A stretch of DNA of 63,302 nt, counting the filler, from Octopus bimaculoides (Eukaryota): the NCBI RefSeq assembly GCF_001194135.2. It is 4 parts of 4 records of this genome, joined end to end, with 100 filler letters (N's around TTAATTAATTAA, not from the genome) between each part and the next. Parts side by side here need not be neighbours in the genome. Positions count along the whole stretch, not along the records: positions 47,874 to 59,016 come from NC_068983.1; positions 59,117 to 63,302 come from NC_068993.1; 2 more parts are not named here. One strand, written 5' to 3'. Made by a program: the position numbers and the translations under genes. Under the pieces are notes generated by a model, which was not told the DNA's origin, made no database searches, and saw nothing but the letters and a program-made list of their open reading frames with translations. Each line of letters begins with the position of its first letter. Position 1 is the stretch's first letter. Of this stretch, positions 50,898 through 63,302 are shown piece after piece.

Positions 50898-51482
50898 GAG
50901 TGAGAGAGCAGTGCATGCCATCAAAGTGACACTGGGATAAAATATACGAAGCCCATTATACCCATCATGACTACTCGTCTGATAAGGGTACACCAGGCAC
51001 ATGCATTACAACCGTATGTGCGCGACATGGTGATCTCATATCAAGATAAAAAGTGCATGACCTCGCAGATGGGGCCCAGTTAGAATTTTCTTCAGGTTGA
51101 GTAGCCCATCCCGCTCAAAAGGTCCCGAATAAGGGTTGTTTAAGGGTGTTGAGCAAAACACCCATGTTTCAAAAGGTGAGTTATTCAAACCCCAAAGAAT
51201 TCCTCTCAACGCATGGCTATGATGCTCCCTCACTACTTCTGCTCGTGATCAGAGATGCACATATTGTCAGCCACCAAAGGGCATGCTCGACTGGTTAAGG
51301 TCAAACAACTGACAAGCAAATCTGTGGTATTGAGCAAAATATTTGCTGTAGCCCATTTTTTATACCAAGACAAAACAATGTANNNNNNNNNNCCAAGACA
51401 AAACAATGTACATGAAAACACTTCCAACCAATTAAGATCAGAAGCCATGAGAGCCGCTGTCTGGTACTGCATCCGGGCATAC
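50898..51482 (-). mobile_element. ~585-bp non-coding element bounded by AAT repeats; possible non-autonomous TAA-targeted retroposon
   Basis: GC-richer block with no ORF. On minus it starts right after (AAT)n and ends CTCTCTCACTC-AATAATAAT. Recalled as a common octopus repeat (not verified). Confidence 0.55.
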
Positions 51483-51493
51483 ATTATTATTAT

Positions 51494-51577
<84 letters not shown>

Positions 51578-53190
51578 GTGGTGAAAACTCACAGTTTATT
51601 TTGCTGGATATAATGGAAAGTGTCAGCTGTCCTCAGCCACTAGACTAAGGTGACACTTGTTTACTAGTCATGCTTTAAGAACACCGCGAAGAATTCTTGC
51701 AGTTCCAAGCAACGCTGATTTTTGTAGGTGTTCTACTTTCACACTTGTACCAGTCTTTTTCAGTAATGTTGGTAGTTGAGTGCTGATACTTCCAAGTGCG
51801 CCAATTACTATTGGTATCACGTCTACTCTCCTCATTGACCAAAATCTTCGTATTTCCCACTTCAAATGGTCATAGTTGTTTATTTTTTCTTCTTCTTCTT
51901 TCTCCTTGATCCTGTTGCCACCGGGACGCGAACTTTTTTTTTCCCATGAGAGTTCCGGACCCCAGTTATGAACTCATTTGCATACAGCCAATCAGGACTC
52001 AGCTATCAAATTAATTTATGAGCGCATAACAAGCGATGTGCGATAAGATAAGGTCACTTGGGTAAAGAATGACCATGCTTCTTTTCTCTTTTAATAATGC
52101 TTCTTGTTCGTGTTCTCGTTTCAACTATGGCTCCCTCTGCGTAGTTATCTGTGTTGTTTACTCTGTAAACCTGTAAGGAGAGAGGATTGCTTGCACATCA
52201 CCCTCTACCCACATTTTTTTCCATCCACATCTTTTCCATATAGGGCGGTAACAAAATCCGATAATAGGTATAGATGCAAATATATCTAATTACTTGTCTC
52301 CTTCTAAAATCAGGCATGACTTGGCGTTCGGGCGACTTACAACACCGTTCTTCGTTTTGAATTTATTTGGTAGAATGTGTTTGTTAACTTGACAGGGCCA
52401 AGGTGAGTTCTGATTGACTGTATGCACATGAGTTCGTTACTGGGGTCCGGAACTCTCGTGGAAAAAATTTCACCACTGAGACATGCTATATCGATTATCA
52501 TGCATGTTCTTGCTTTTTTGTTTACCGCAACAATGTCCGGTTTCCGATCTCTGGTTGAGTGATTGCACTGAATCATTGCATCCCACAGGATTTTGCAATT
52601 CTCATTCTCAGTAACTCCTTCTGGGGTTAGCTCATACCACGTCTTTGCTCTTTGTAGGCCGTTATTTCCACAGAGCTTCCAATGGATCATTTTTTCCACA
52701 TTGTCATGTCATCTTCTGTATTCGCGTTGTGCCAATTTCGGACATTCGCCAAGGATGTGCCATACCGTTTCACCACTCTCACCACACATTCTGCATTTGT
52801 CGCTGTCGGCAGTGTTGTCTATTCTGCACTTCACAAAGTTGGTCCTTAACGCTTGCTCTTGAGCTGTACAAATACGTGCTTCTGTCTCTATCTGCAGGTC
52901 ACTCCTCACCCATAGCCACCGGTCTTATGTATCTGCCTTAGCGTTCGTAACTTGCAAACTGACTGTACATTTATTTTCTTTCCAAGCTGTTTCTTTTTCT
53001 TTTGTGTGTTCTTTTCCTCTTTAAATTTTTCTTTCATTACACAATTCTCAGTTTTGATGATGCCGGCCTTCTTCGCATGTTTCAACAATGGTTCCACGGC
53101 ATTTTTTATATACCATCCAAGGTTGTTTTCTTCTGCTTCGATACAATCCCGGCAACTGATCAAACCTTACTTCGATACAATCCTGGCAAC
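51578..53190 (-). mobile_element. 5'-truncated R4/Dong element (CCHC + REL), interrupted by a MITE
   Basis: ETEARICTAQEQALRTN, CRMCGESGETVWHILGECPKLA, KILWD..RKPDIVAVNKKARTCMIIDIAC | PGGNRIKEKE..LKWEIRRFW..IPIVIGALG..LQKSALLGTARILRGVL*. (AAT)n on both sides. Confidence 0.92.
51928..52479. mobile_element. 552-bp MITE-like insertion with ~70-bp inverted repeats
   Basis: 51928-52001 vs 52404-52473 (reverse complement). Removing the insert plus one GAC restores the Dong reading D-I-A-C-P-G-G-N. Confidence 0.85.
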
Positions 53191-53196
53191 TTATTA

Positions 53197-53260
<64 letters not shown>

Positions 53261-53388
53261 CATTAATATATAAAGGATTGAGGTAACTCCTCTTGAAGAT
53301 ACAGAGTCAAAATTAAAAGAATAGTGCTATTGTTATCTAGTGAACGATATTTCGATATCTTGTGTGTCTTCTTCTTCTTCTTCTTCTT

Positions 53389-53466
<78 letters not shown>

Positions 53467-53574
53467 GTTATTATTTTTGTTGTTGTTGTTTACATTGTTG
53501 TAGCTTTGTTTTATATGAGCTATTCTAAGTCTCACTCAGAAACCTCAAGTAACAGAAATTTTGACGTTTTACTA

Positions 53575-54880
53575 TGGTTGTTATTTATTACTAGCAATGA
53601 GATATTGTACAGGAAGGAGACCGGAATCTGATAACTAAGGTTCTGCTAAATCTGTAATATTTCAGTTTTGAAAGGGTTTTAAATGAATCGGATATTTTCG
53701 GGTTGACAATGTTTTTATTAAGATGTGGGTAATATCTATGAGAACGATTCTTTTGTATTTCTGATACTTTCGAGTCTTCTCGTATTTGACCATTGTGTTT
53801 AAGAGTGCCATTTGGTATTGTCCCCTAAACTCCAACATGCCACATTTTTGAGGCCTCTATTTCAAGATCCTTGTATTTACTTAATTTTTCAAATGTTTTT
53901 ACAGAAGTTGCAGTCTGCTGCAGAAATGTTTTGTCAACGTGATGTTTTACCACAATATCTGAATCTATTGACCTGAATATCATGATCAGTTTGAATACAT
54001 AAATTCTAAAGGACAGCAATATGTGTCTTCCATACTACTTTGGCAGGCTTATCGTCCCGTCAGTTTTCATATGGGAGTTAAGACTTACGGTATATAATCC
54101 AGTGCATATACTGACCGAGTATATCATGGCAATTAATATACTCATTTGAAGATAACATAGAGCATCCAAGATGACGTAATCAATTGTTTCTCTAGTTGCA
54201 CCACAAAAGCGACAAACAGGTTCAGCATTAGTTTTAGGAATTCTAACTTGGTTGTTTCTAATGGGAAGACACTGATCATGAACTGCTGTAATGAGTCTCT
54301 CTATTTCTGATTTATATCCAGATGCAGCCAACCATCGATAGGTCATATTTGTATTAACTTTAAGATTGCTAATCCTTGTAGGGTATTTGCCATGCAATGC
54401 CTTGCTTCTTTCATCTACTTTGCATCTCTGAGATATAATTTGATTTGGTTTGTGTTTTTATCTGTTTTGCTACCACAGTGAGTTCTTCTGTTTCACCTAG
54501 CTGTACCGTTGTTTTGTTAGTCTTTAATTTCTTTACATATTCTGTTGTTTCCATTATTGAGTAAAATCATTTAGTAATTTCTTGCTTGCAGACAAGTTTA
54601 AACATCAAGTCATTGGTTTTCTTTAGATAGGTGTCTACCCCAATTGTTGCTCTCTTCAGAAGCATTTTCAGTTGCATCATCCACGTCCTCTGTCCTTTCG
54701 TGGGATATAGTATATATCTATATCTGCCTTTGTGTGATGTATGCAGTGCATTGTGAGAAGCTTGCGTGTTTTTAAATCAATTTTATCGATCTCAGTGATG
54801 GACCATTTTATGATGTTAAAGCTGTCGGTCATAGCATGTATAGCTAAGGTACTGATTTCATCAATCCAAGGAATATCTTG
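53575..54880 (-). mobile_element. Decayed R4/Dong element of another subfamily
   Basis: IIKWSITEIDKIDLKTRKLLTMH, MHGKYP, ERLITAVHDQCLP, CRFCGATRETIDYV, KLSKYKDLEIEASKMW. Confidence 0.85.
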
Positions 54881-56061
54881 TTATATACTATAGTTAAGTA
54901 TACCATAGTACAGCGTACTACAGAGTAATATGATTTCACTTATTATGAGGTCATATAATATATGTTCTAGCTTTATCTTTATGGTTTCTTGAGCAGTGAA
55001 TTAGCAAAATAGTTTAGTTTAAACACTTAAAAATTACGTCATTCTAGTTATCTTGGTAGTTTGTCTGACTCTAGCTCTTCTATTAATAGTACATTTCAAT
55101 CTGACATGAATATTACATTGGCTTTAGTAACGATGTAACTAACAATTCTTTACAAACTTATAAACGCGATAGTATGTGTAATTGTAGGGCTCGGTATAAA
55201 CGCCCTTCGAGTAACCAGTGCCTCTGAACAAATGTTTCGTCCGGACACCCAATAAAGTATACTGCGATATCGACTCTATCACGTAAAAATTCAAATCTTG
55301 ATGGAATAGTCACATTCATTCTTTCAATAATAATTACAAGTTACATTATACGCCATTAGCAAAATTTTTTTGAGACCTTAAAGACAGAAATATTAATTAC
55401 TTTATTTTGTGGGCAGTTCTACGTACCGCATTTCCATATAGCTCCTTCTAATCTATTCATATGGGAATTAACGATGTCTAATGATATTAATCAGCTAGTT
55501 ATTATCTCTTCATAAATATCTTAATGATACCCACTTCAATATTACCTTTCTTTTACAACTATTTACTGATTCACTATATTCTTATCATTTTATTATTTAT
55601 ATATATCATTATATTAAAATATTCTTCTTCTCTTCTTCTCCTCTTTGGTCCCCTCCGATATTCTTCTAGGCTTAACTCTTCCTCCTAATTGATGTCTCTT
55701 TGGGAATATCTCTATGTTTTCTGCTGCTCGAATATGATTAATTTCCTCTCTGCTCTGATTATTTACTACAAAATCTATATTTTAACCAGTTTGTGTTAGA
55801 GACCTCAGCATCACAACTGGTATTACCAGGTAGTCCATATGCCTTTCGTCTGTTTAAATCATATATCTTATGACGCTACGTATGTCATTCTAGTTATTTT
55901 CTTGCTATGACATTCTAAGCCCGTCCCACACATTGCATTTTTGACCGTATCTGTCGGCGTACAGTCTTATCACACTGTTTAAAAGTCATGATAAAACAAG
56001 TTCGAGCTTCCTTTTAATATCACATGCATTTTCATAAACATTCTACGTATATATGTTTCAG

Positions 56062-56090
56062 CATGTTGAATGATTTAGCAATCTCATCAG
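56062..56090 (+). CDS. Putative 29-nt micro-exon (x-MLNDLAISS-G)
   Basis: Acceptor ATATGTTTCAG, donor CAG|GTAAGG. Only one open frame, ending in phase 1. Confidence 0.35.
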
Positions 56091-56867
56091 GTAAGGAATT
56101 CATACACCATTGAAACCGGGAAACCGGCCTTCATGAGCCTGGCTTGGCTCGAGAAGGAAACATTTATTATATATATATATATATAAATATATATATATAT
56201 ATNNNNNNNNNNNNNNNNNNNNNNNNNNNNNNNNNNNNNNNNNNNNNNNNNNNNNNNNNNNNNNNNNNNNNNNNNNNNNNNNNNNNNNNNNNNNNNNNNN
56301 NNNNNNNNNNNNNNNNNNNNNNNNNNNNNNNNNNNNNNNNNNNNNNNNNNNNNNNNNNNNNNNNNNNNNNNNNNNNNNNNNNNNNNNNNNNNNNNNNNNN
56401 NNNNNNNNNNNNNNNNNNNNNNNNNNNNNNNNNNNNNNNNNNNNNNNNNNNNNNNNNNNNNNNNNNNNNNNNNNNNNNNNNNNNNNNNNNNNNNNNNNNN
56501 NNNNNNNNNNNNNNNNNNNNNNNNNNNNNNNNNNNNNNNNNNNNNNNNNNNNNNNNNNNNNNNNNNNNNNNNNNNNNNNNNNNNNNNNNNNNNNNNNNNN
56601 NNNNNNNNNNNNNNNNNNNNNNNNNNNNNNNNNNNNNNNNNNNNNNNNNNNNNNNNNNNNNNNNNNNNNNNNNNNNNNNNNNNNNNNNNNNNNNNNNNNN
56701 NNNNNNNNNNNNNNNNNNNNNNNNNNNNNNNNNNNNNNNNNNNNNNNNNNNNNNNNNNNNNNNNNNNNNNNNNNNNNNNNNNNNNNNNNNNNNNNNNNNN
56801 NNNNNNNNNNNNNNNNNNNNNNNNNNNNNNNNNNNNNNNNNNNNNNNNNNNNNNNNNNNNNNNNNNN

Positions 56868-56925
<58 letters not shown>

Positions 56926-57124
56926 ATGTGTGTGTATGTGTTCGTGTCTGTCTGTGTAAAGACTAAATTCTTTCGGAACAAAGTATGGCCAAGTTTTTCA
57001 AAGAAAATATTGATAAATGTTGTAGCCTTAAAGCAGAAACTAATAATTACTTGAATTGAAAACATTTAAAATATTCCAAGGACTTCACTATTATATATTG
57101 TAAGAACTATTTCTTTATCTTCAG

Positions 57125-57180
57125 GAAAAATGCAATTTAATAGGAATGAGCAGTCCACTGCTGCTGTAACTAGGTTCGAG
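57125..57180 (+). CDS. Putative 56-nt exon (G-KMQFNRNEQSTAAVTRFE)
   Basis: Acceptor TTTCTTTATCTTCAG, donor GAG|GTAACT. Only one open frame, starting in phase 1 and ending in phase 0. Confidence 0.4.
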
Positions 57181-57303
57181 GTAACTGTTGACTGTTTTGT
57201 TGTTTTGTTCTACTGGACTCAACTTCCTTGCAGCAAGGGCGAGGAGCAATAATAATAATAGCAACAATTATTATAATACTTTTGACATTATATGTTTTCA
57301 CAG

Positions 57304-57331
57304 GCGCCGTTTGTCATCACTGATTACTGCC
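57304..57331 (+). CDS. Putative 28-nt micro-exon (APFVITDYC-)
   Basis: Acceptor TATGTTTTCACAG with TTGAC about 20 nt upstream, donor GCC|GTAAGT. Open in phase 0. Confidence 0.4.
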
Positions 57332-57984
57332 GTAAGTAAATAATGGGCTTAATTGTTCAGAAATGTTATCATTTCCATTTAGTTGAAAACATAATGAACA
57401 AAATTTGTATTCTGATACTGATAAAATGCTATGGAAAATTCCACCAGTGTATGTCACAGTTTGTCATGCGGTTCAGGTCTCGCCTTCATATACGAACTAT
57501 CTGTAAAAGATGGAACATATATAACTTGTATTTAATGGTGTGTGACAACTTTTGAACGTACATTGAATGAATATGTCGAAAGTATAACGTATTAGCTGCC
57601 TTGCCTGCACTGCACAGCTATTATAATTACACCCAAATTTTAGCCATAATGATGGGAGGCTCTGAATTAAGTCAAACAGTTCTCCCTCAGATAAAAGTTT
57701 TCCATTGATAAACAGGCAAAAGCGTGAGGAAGTTTATCATCAGAATTATTTAACAGTGTCTGACTCAGTAATACCATTCATTTACACTGGAAACGTCTAA
57801 CACTGATTCATGTCCTATCAAACAGTAATGGGTCAACGAGGAACAATTTAATAAGACAGGCGTGTTTCTGCCGTATTTACTATTTAAACATAAACGTAGT
57901 GCCTATGTATTAGACGTAAATCATTACGTCACACCAGTACAGTGATATCTGTCATCTTGCGAAAAAGATTAATTAAACCAAAAC

Positions 57985-58135
57985 GTGATTGTGTGGTAAG
58001 AAGTTAGATTCCCAATCACATGGTTCTGGGTTCAGCTTCATTGCATGACACCTTGGGTAAGTGTCTTTCACAATAGCCTCGGGCCGACAAATGCATTGAG
58101 GGAATTTGGTAGAAAGACACTGAAAGTAGCCGTTC

Positions 58136-58173
<38 letters not shown>

Positions 58174-58460
58174 TTTTATACGTTTCAACCCTAAGGCTCT
58201 GGCCATGCTGGGGCACCGCCAGTGAAATATCTACAAATGTATGTCTATGTGTTCTTGTGTCTGTGTTTGTTCCCCACCACCGCTTCACAAAAGGGGTACG
58301 TGTGTTTACATTCCCGTAACTTAGCGGCTGGGCAAAAAGAGTCCGATACAATAAGTACCAAGCTTAAAATAAAAATAAGGGGTCGATACGTTCGACTAAA
58401 ATTCCTCGAGGTGACGCCCCAGCATGGTTGCAGCCTGGTGACTGAAACCAGTAAAAAAAA
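57985..58460 (+). mobile_element. SINE family B, with an opposite-orientation tail fragment inserted at ~58170-58222
   Basis: Head, internal (TA)n, GTTTCAACCCTAAGGCTCTGGCCATGCTGGGGCACCGCC (minus-strand tail), then the normal tail half. Confidence 0.85.
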
Positions 58461-59116
58461 AATTTTAATAGATATAGCTGAAGTTATCGCATGTATTTGC
58501 CCAAATGGTTAGAATAATGTTACTCATTTTATTTTCTCACCGCATAAGAATTTATAATTAAATTTTGATTTCATTTCCATGCTGACTACATTAAAAATGC
58601 CAGTACTAATTTACTACTAACTTAGCCAGTATTTATTATACATGCTTGTACTATTCTTATCGACCAGTCATAAAAAACTTCCTTTTTCCTTCGTTGTACA
58701 CTTTAAATTGAAATGCTGCTCTTAATTATTTCCTCAAATATTTAAGGCGAATATTTCCCTTCACTGGAAGCTTGTTAAAGAAACAGCTTCTTTTAGCCCA
58801 GTTGTTTCATTAAAGCGGAAGTCATAATATTTTGGTTACCAGTTAACCAGAAATCTCAATTAGTTCATTTTTCCATATTGTCAGGAAGTCTTAAATTCCA
58901 AGTCATTGATTTCTCCTACAGCTCTACTGCATTGGGGGAAGGGATTCAGATGTAAAGGAGAAAAGTTGCTTTATTTTTGTCTTTCTTTTGAAATTCGTTT
59001 TTTTTTTTTTTTTTTTNNNNNNNNNNNNNNNNNNNNNNNNNNNNNNNNNNNNNNNNNNNNTTAATTAATTAANNNNNNNNNNNNNNNNNNNNNNNNNNNN
59101 NNNNNNNNNNNNNNNN

Positions 59117-59231
<115 letters not shown>

Positions 59232-59252
59232 CAGACAGAGACAGACAGAGAT

Positions 59253-59291
<39 letters not shown>

Positions 59292-60159
59292 ATAAGGTGC
59301 TGCTCCAGCATGGCCATGGAATATAATGTTTCCACGTAATTAGAATAAAAACGACGTGTAAATAAAACTGAAATTAATCTCAATTTATTATGAAACATAC
59401 TTGTTATTTCATTGCTGTATTCTTCAGACTAATTTTGCGTTTACCAATATGATATTTTGGCGAAATTGTCTCTTGAAAACAATTAGTTGAGAGAATTATT
59501 ATAGAAGTCCTATAAGTATTTCTGTAAATATTGGTAATTAAATATGTTCTTAATTTTACCACGAACACAATATAGAGGTGTGATGTAAATAAAATTCTGG
59601 ACAGTGGCGCTCTTGAATATATATGTCTGTGCATCTATGTGCGTGTATATGTGACTACTTGTGTTTGTGTGAGTGCGTGTTTATAAATATCTATATTATG
59701 TACACAATTATATAAAATGTATGTTATATAATGTACATATTAAGTTAGTAATACATTAAAACATTCATATAAAGATATATATATATATATATANNNNNNN
59801 NNNNNNNNNNNNNNNNNNNNNNNNNNNNNNNNNNNNNNNNNNNNNNNNNNNNNNNNNNNNNNNNNNNNNNNNNNNNNNNNNNNNNNNNNNNNNNNNNNNN
59901 NNNNNNNNNNNNNNNNNNNNNNNNNNNNNNNNNNNNNNNNNNNNNNNNNNNNNNNNNNNNNNNNNNNNNNNNNNNNNNNNNNNNNNNNNNNNNNNNNNNN
60001 NNNNNNNNNNNNNNNNNNNNNNNNNNNNNNNNNNNNNNNNNNNNNNNNNNNNNNNNNNNNNNNNNNNNNNNNNNNNNNNNNNNNNNNNNNNNNNNNNNNN
60101 NNNNNNNNNNNNNNNNNNNNNNNNNNNNNNNNNNNNNNNNNNNNNNNNNNNNNNNNNNN

Positions 60160-60217
<58 letters not shown>

Positions 60218-61931
60218 CGCAGAGTAGATGGAACAGGGACAACTGACGAAGGGGTATACTCTTTATGTTGCATGTTTCGTTTGTGTTTCGTTGTTCGAAA
60301 AAATGTTCGTTTTCTATGTTTTCGTTTCTCATTGTGTTTAACGTTTTCTTCTTCTTCTTTTTTTTTATTCCTGTACCCATATATGCATGTATGTATACAT
60401 ATAGATGTAGGTATGTACATATATGTATGGATATATGCATATTTAAGATGTCCCCGCTACGTTACGGGGACATTTTATCGATCTCTTTTGCCGAACCGGG
60501 GAGATAAAAAGTAGTGGTGATCCCAAAACGAAGGTGTGCGTTTGTAAGATAGTGCTGGTGATCTTGACGTGTGCATGTGTGTATGTGTAGGTGTGGAAAT
60601 GTGGGGATGGGAATTGGTCAGTGATGGTATATATATCAATTAGAAAATGGAGGATAATATGCATTAAATACTAAAAAAGGTACACGTAGGACAGACACAG
60701 AAGGACCCTAATTTTTCATCAGCTTTCAACCGAAATGCTAGCACAGTTTCATGGTTTTATATATATAAACCACCTAAAATCAAGTATAAGACAGTGTGGT
60801 TTATACACTAGCGAACATGACATATATACATATGCATGTGTGTGTGTGTGTTTTCATATATTTTGGAGTGTTTATAAAATGGGAAAGCGTTTTAAACAGG
60901 CTATAAAATGATGAATAGAAAGTCCTTGATTTAAAAAAAAAATACAAAAAACTATGGTCGTTAGTAAAGGAAATTAATGGGTAGAAGTGAGAGAAAGACC
61001 GGGAATGCAAGGTTACTATTGATCTATTTTAGCATAATGTCAATAAAAAAAAAAAAATTTAATTTGCTTCAAAGGAATTTAGATTTTAGTTAAAAGCCGG
61101 TAAAAAATAAACTATATATATATATAAACAAATGTGTTTGTGAGTGTATAAGTTTATATGAATATATACGTATATATTAATGTTTATATATATATATATA
61201 TNNNNNNNNNNNNNNNNNNNNNNNNNNNNNNNNNNNNNNNNNNNNNNNNNNNNNNNNNNNNNNNNNNNNNNNNNNNNNNNNNNNNNNNNNNNNNNNNNNN
61301 NNNNNNNNNNNNNNNNNNNNNNNNNNNNNNNNNNNNNNNNNNNNNNNNNNNNNNNNNNNNNNNNNNNNNNNNNNNNNNNNNNNNNNNNNNNNNNNNNNNN
61401 NNNNNNNNNNNNNNNNNNNNNNNNNNNNNNNNNNNNNNNNNNNNNNNNNNNNNNNNNNNNNNNNNNNNNNNNNNNNNNNNNNNNNNNNNNNNNNNNNNNN
61501 NNNNNNNNNNNNNNNNNNNNNNNNNNNNNNNNNNNNNNNNNNNNNNNNNNNNNNNNNNNNNNNNNNNNNNNNNNNNNNNNNNNNNNNNNNNNNNNNNNNN
61601 NNNNNNNNNNNNNNNNNNNNNNNNNNNNNNNNNNNNNNNNNNNNNNNNNNNNNNNNNNNNNNNNNNNNNNNNNNNNNNNNNNNNNNNNNNNNNNNNNNNN
61701 NNNNNNNNNNNNNNNNNNNNNNNNNNNNNNNNNNNNNNNNNNNNNNNNNNNNNNNNNNNNNNNNNNNNNNNNNNNNNNNNNNNNNNNNNNNNNNNNNNNN
61801 NNNNNNNNNNNNNNNNNNNNNNNNNNNNNNNNNNNNNNNNNNNNNNNNNNNNNNNNNNNNNNNNNNNNNNNNNNNNNNNNNNNNNNNNNNNNNNNNNNNN
61901 NNNNNNNNNNNNNNNNNNNNNNNNNNTGGTG

Positions 61932-61964
<33 letters not shown>

Positions 61965-62016
61965 ATGTATGTATGTATGTATGTATGTATGTATGTATGT
62001 ATGTATGTATGTATAA

Positions 62017-62170
62017 TGGGCTTTCACACAGTTTCTCTTTCCCAAATTTACTCACAAGGCATGGGTTGGTAGAGTAGTACATGCTTGCACAAGCTTACGC
62101 ACAGTGAAATTGATCCTGAAGCCATGTGGTTCCAAATCGAGCTTATGAACCACCCAGCCAAGCTTGCGCC
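62017..62170 (-). mobile_element. SINE family B head, diverged
   Basis: TTTACTCACAAGGC..CATGTGGTT..CACCCAGCCAAGCTTGCGCC. Confidence 0.7.
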
Positions 62171-62189
62171 GCAGAACGTTGCTTAATTG

Positions 62190-62400
62190 ATTTCTCCACC
62201 AAACCGGTACAACCGCCAATGCTTCATCCCAAAGTCTCCGACGATGATTTTCATTTTGTCTAATTCATCGTTTCAGACCTCCCTGTGTCGTTTAGGCTCC
62301 GCCAGAAGTAGAGTCGCCACCTTGTATGAATGAGCTTTTGGTGCCGTTGGAATACGCAAGCGTTGCTACTATGATTAAGGTAGCCATAATACGTGGAAGA
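62190..62400 (-). mobile_element. Possible relic of a LINE apurinic endonuclease
   Basis: Minus-strand NDELDKMKIIVGDFGMKHW resembles the APE I(I/L)xGDFN motif. No further support. Confidence 0.25.
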
Positions 62401-63042
62401 AATTGAATACAGTAACTATAGAGGCGAAATAATTAATGTAAATTTATATCAGTAACAATGCCTGTATTCAATCTACTGAAAGTGATTTAAAACGGTAAAT
62501 TTTATACGAAATACAAGTAAACAAACGAAGGGCGTTAAGTCTTCATAGAAAAAAAAAATGAAAAAAACTTTGCCTAGATTTATACTTGAATCATACGAAG
62601 ATAAGAATTATTATGAAAAACGTTGGCTATTATTATTTCGATTAAAATTACTAATAGCCCTTACATTAATTTAATAAGAAATTTTAGAATGATACTGGCT
62701 CTGTTTCTGAATCGATAAAAAAAGAAAAATCTGTTTTTGTTGAAAAATATAGTTTGTAACGTCAGGAGAGACGACCATCGGTATAATTACACGAAACGTA
62801 TGATAGTAACAATTGGATGTGAGAATATTTTCAGTAGTGAATGGCAAAATCAAATAATGGGTTATGAAAGGAGTGTGAAAGGGTGTATGAAAGGGTACAT
62901 ACATACATACATACATTTATACATGTATACATATATACATTTGTATCCGTACATACATAAACCATATGTGTGTGGGTTGGTATATATACGTATATACATA
63001 TATATATCCTCACATACATATATACATACATTCGTGTTGTCT

Positions 63043-63079
<37 letters not shown>

Positions 63080-63114
63080 AACACACACACACATCGTATA
63101 TATATGCGTCTGCT

Positions 63115-63189
63115 TTTGTGTCTTTGTACCCCAACACCACTTGACTACCAATATTGCTTTGTTTATGTCACCATAACTTAGCGTTTCGA

Positions 63190-63190
<1 letters not shown>
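63115..63190 (+). mobile_element. SINE family B tail-half fragment
   Basis: GTGTCTTTGTACCCCAACACCACTTGAC..TTTATGTCACCATAACTTAGCGTTTCG. Confidence 0.65.
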
Positions 63191-63233
<43 letters not shown>

Positions 63234-63253
63234 TATAAATATATATATATACA

Positions 63254-63284
<31 letters not shown>

Positions 63285-63302
63285 GCTTTCGGGTGCTTTA
63301 GG

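Noticed and set aside
51363-51412. Direct repeat CCAAGACAAAACAATGTA either side of a 10-N gap
   Set aside because: Unmerged contig overlap.
60243-60270. CTGACGAAGGGGTATACTC hammerhead-like start
   Set aside because: No GAAA or cleavage triplet follows; at most a truncated remnant.

Overview
AT-rich eukaryotic draft-scaffold sequence, rich in microsatellites and N-gaps. The repeat families suggest a cephalopod, probably Octopus (inference from recalled SINE families). No intact protein-coding gene was recognised. Contents: (i) two decayed Penelope-like elements (RT + GIY-YIG) of different lineages; (ii) six pieces of R4/Dong-type non-LTR retrotransposons (RT, CCHC, REL endonuclease), most of them bounded by (TAA)n tracts, including a same-strand array at 50.3-54.9 kb; (iii) about 25 copies or fragments of three tRNA-derived SINE families, some with clean TSDs; (iv) foldback/MITE and Helitron-like non-autonomous elements; (v) a CR1/L2-like RT relic; (vi) three phase-compatible putative micro-exons at 56.0-57.3 kb. 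The most interesting signal is a set of hammerhead ribozyme (HHR) motifs read by eye. One is a well-formed type I HHR with a compensatory U3-A8 core inside a ~358-nt tandem unit (36.7-37.2 kb, retrozyme-like). A tRNA-like module follows a Penelope ORF (28.8 kb) and elsewhere sits directly upstream of an HHR core (42.9-43.0 kb). All calls are manual; element boundaries are approximate and no database search was run.
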